64,000 nt of DNA from NCBI RefSeq assembly GCF_003018255.1, contig NZ_CP027440.1; one strand, given 5' to 3'. The position numbers and the translations under genes are program-made. The notes beneath the pieces are model-generated. The model was not told the DNA's origin. It ran no database searches and saw nothing but the letters and a program-made list of their open reading frames with translations. Positions 63,745 to 64,000 of the stretch are shown piece after piece; position 1 is the stretch's first letter, and every line of letters starts with the position of its first letter. Source of the stretch: Escherichia coli. Lineage in GTDB: Bacteria > Pseudomonadota > Gammaproteobacteria > Enterobacterales > Enterobacteriaceae.

Positions 63745-64000
63745 CGAAAGATCTTTCGATTACCTTTTGTGGTGTGAAGTTTCCCAACCCGTTCTGCCTC
63801 TCTTCTTCGCCTGTAGGCAACTGCTATGAGATGTGTGCCAAAGCCTACGACACAGGCTGGGGTGGCGTGGTGTTTAAAACGATCGGTTTTTTTATCGCCA
63901 ACGAAGTCTCGCCGCGTTTTGATCATCTGGTGAAAGAAGATACCGGTTTTATCGGCTTCAAAAATATGGAGCAGATTGCTGAACATCCGTTGGAAGATAA
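63738..64000 (+). CDS. preA: Dihydropyrimidine dehydrogenase subunit PreA, N-terminal part (gene runs off the window end)
   Basis: ATG overlapping the preT stop by 7 nt; translation [32 protein letters not shown]... continues to the window edge. Confidence 0.75.
   Translation, partial: MLTKDLSITFCGVKFPNPFCLSSSPVGNCYEMCAKAYDTGWGGVVFKTIGFFIANEVSPRFDHLVKEDTGFIGFKNMEQIAEHPLED

Overview
This window reads as an Escherichia coli chromosomal segment, in K-12 gene order from fbaB (partial, minus strand) through yegTUVWX, thiMD (with TPP riboswitch), rcnRAB, the cryptic yehABCD(E) chaperone-usher fimbrial operon, mrp, metG, molR, yehI, yehK, yehLMPQ, yehRS, btsRS, mlrA, yohO, yehWXY-osmF, bglX, dld, pbpG, yohCDF, mdtQ, yohP, dusC, yohJK, cdd, sanA, yeiS and preT to the start of preA. 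Gene names come from recognising the translated products and their order from memory; no database search was run. Three things stand out against that backbone. (1) Between yehK and yehL sits a tandemly duplicated module of about 490 bp. Each copy encodes a 29-aa hydrophobic peptide (minus strand) with a long 5' UTR and a divergent small RNA of about 80 nt whose 5' end is complementary to that UTR. This matches the ZorO/OrzO type I toxin-antitoxin family known from O157:H7-like strains. (2) A six-gene 3-hydroxybenzoate/gentisate catabolic cluster lies between dusC and yohJ; I recall it being absent from K-12. (3) The least characterised content is two giant tandem paralogs (molR with an N-terminal WGR-like domain, and yehI) followed by a MoxR-type AAA+ ATPase, a large unknown protein, a VWA protein and a SWIM zinc-finger protein (yehLMPQ); yehQ is split by a frameshift in this sequence. 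Also present are REP and ERIC repeats, RcnR operator sites, and two small membrane peptides (yohO, yohP) below the ORF-track size cutoff. I found no CRISPR arrays, rRNA or tRNA genes, or IS/transposase/integrase genes. Coordinates for features read by hand may be off by 1-2 nt.
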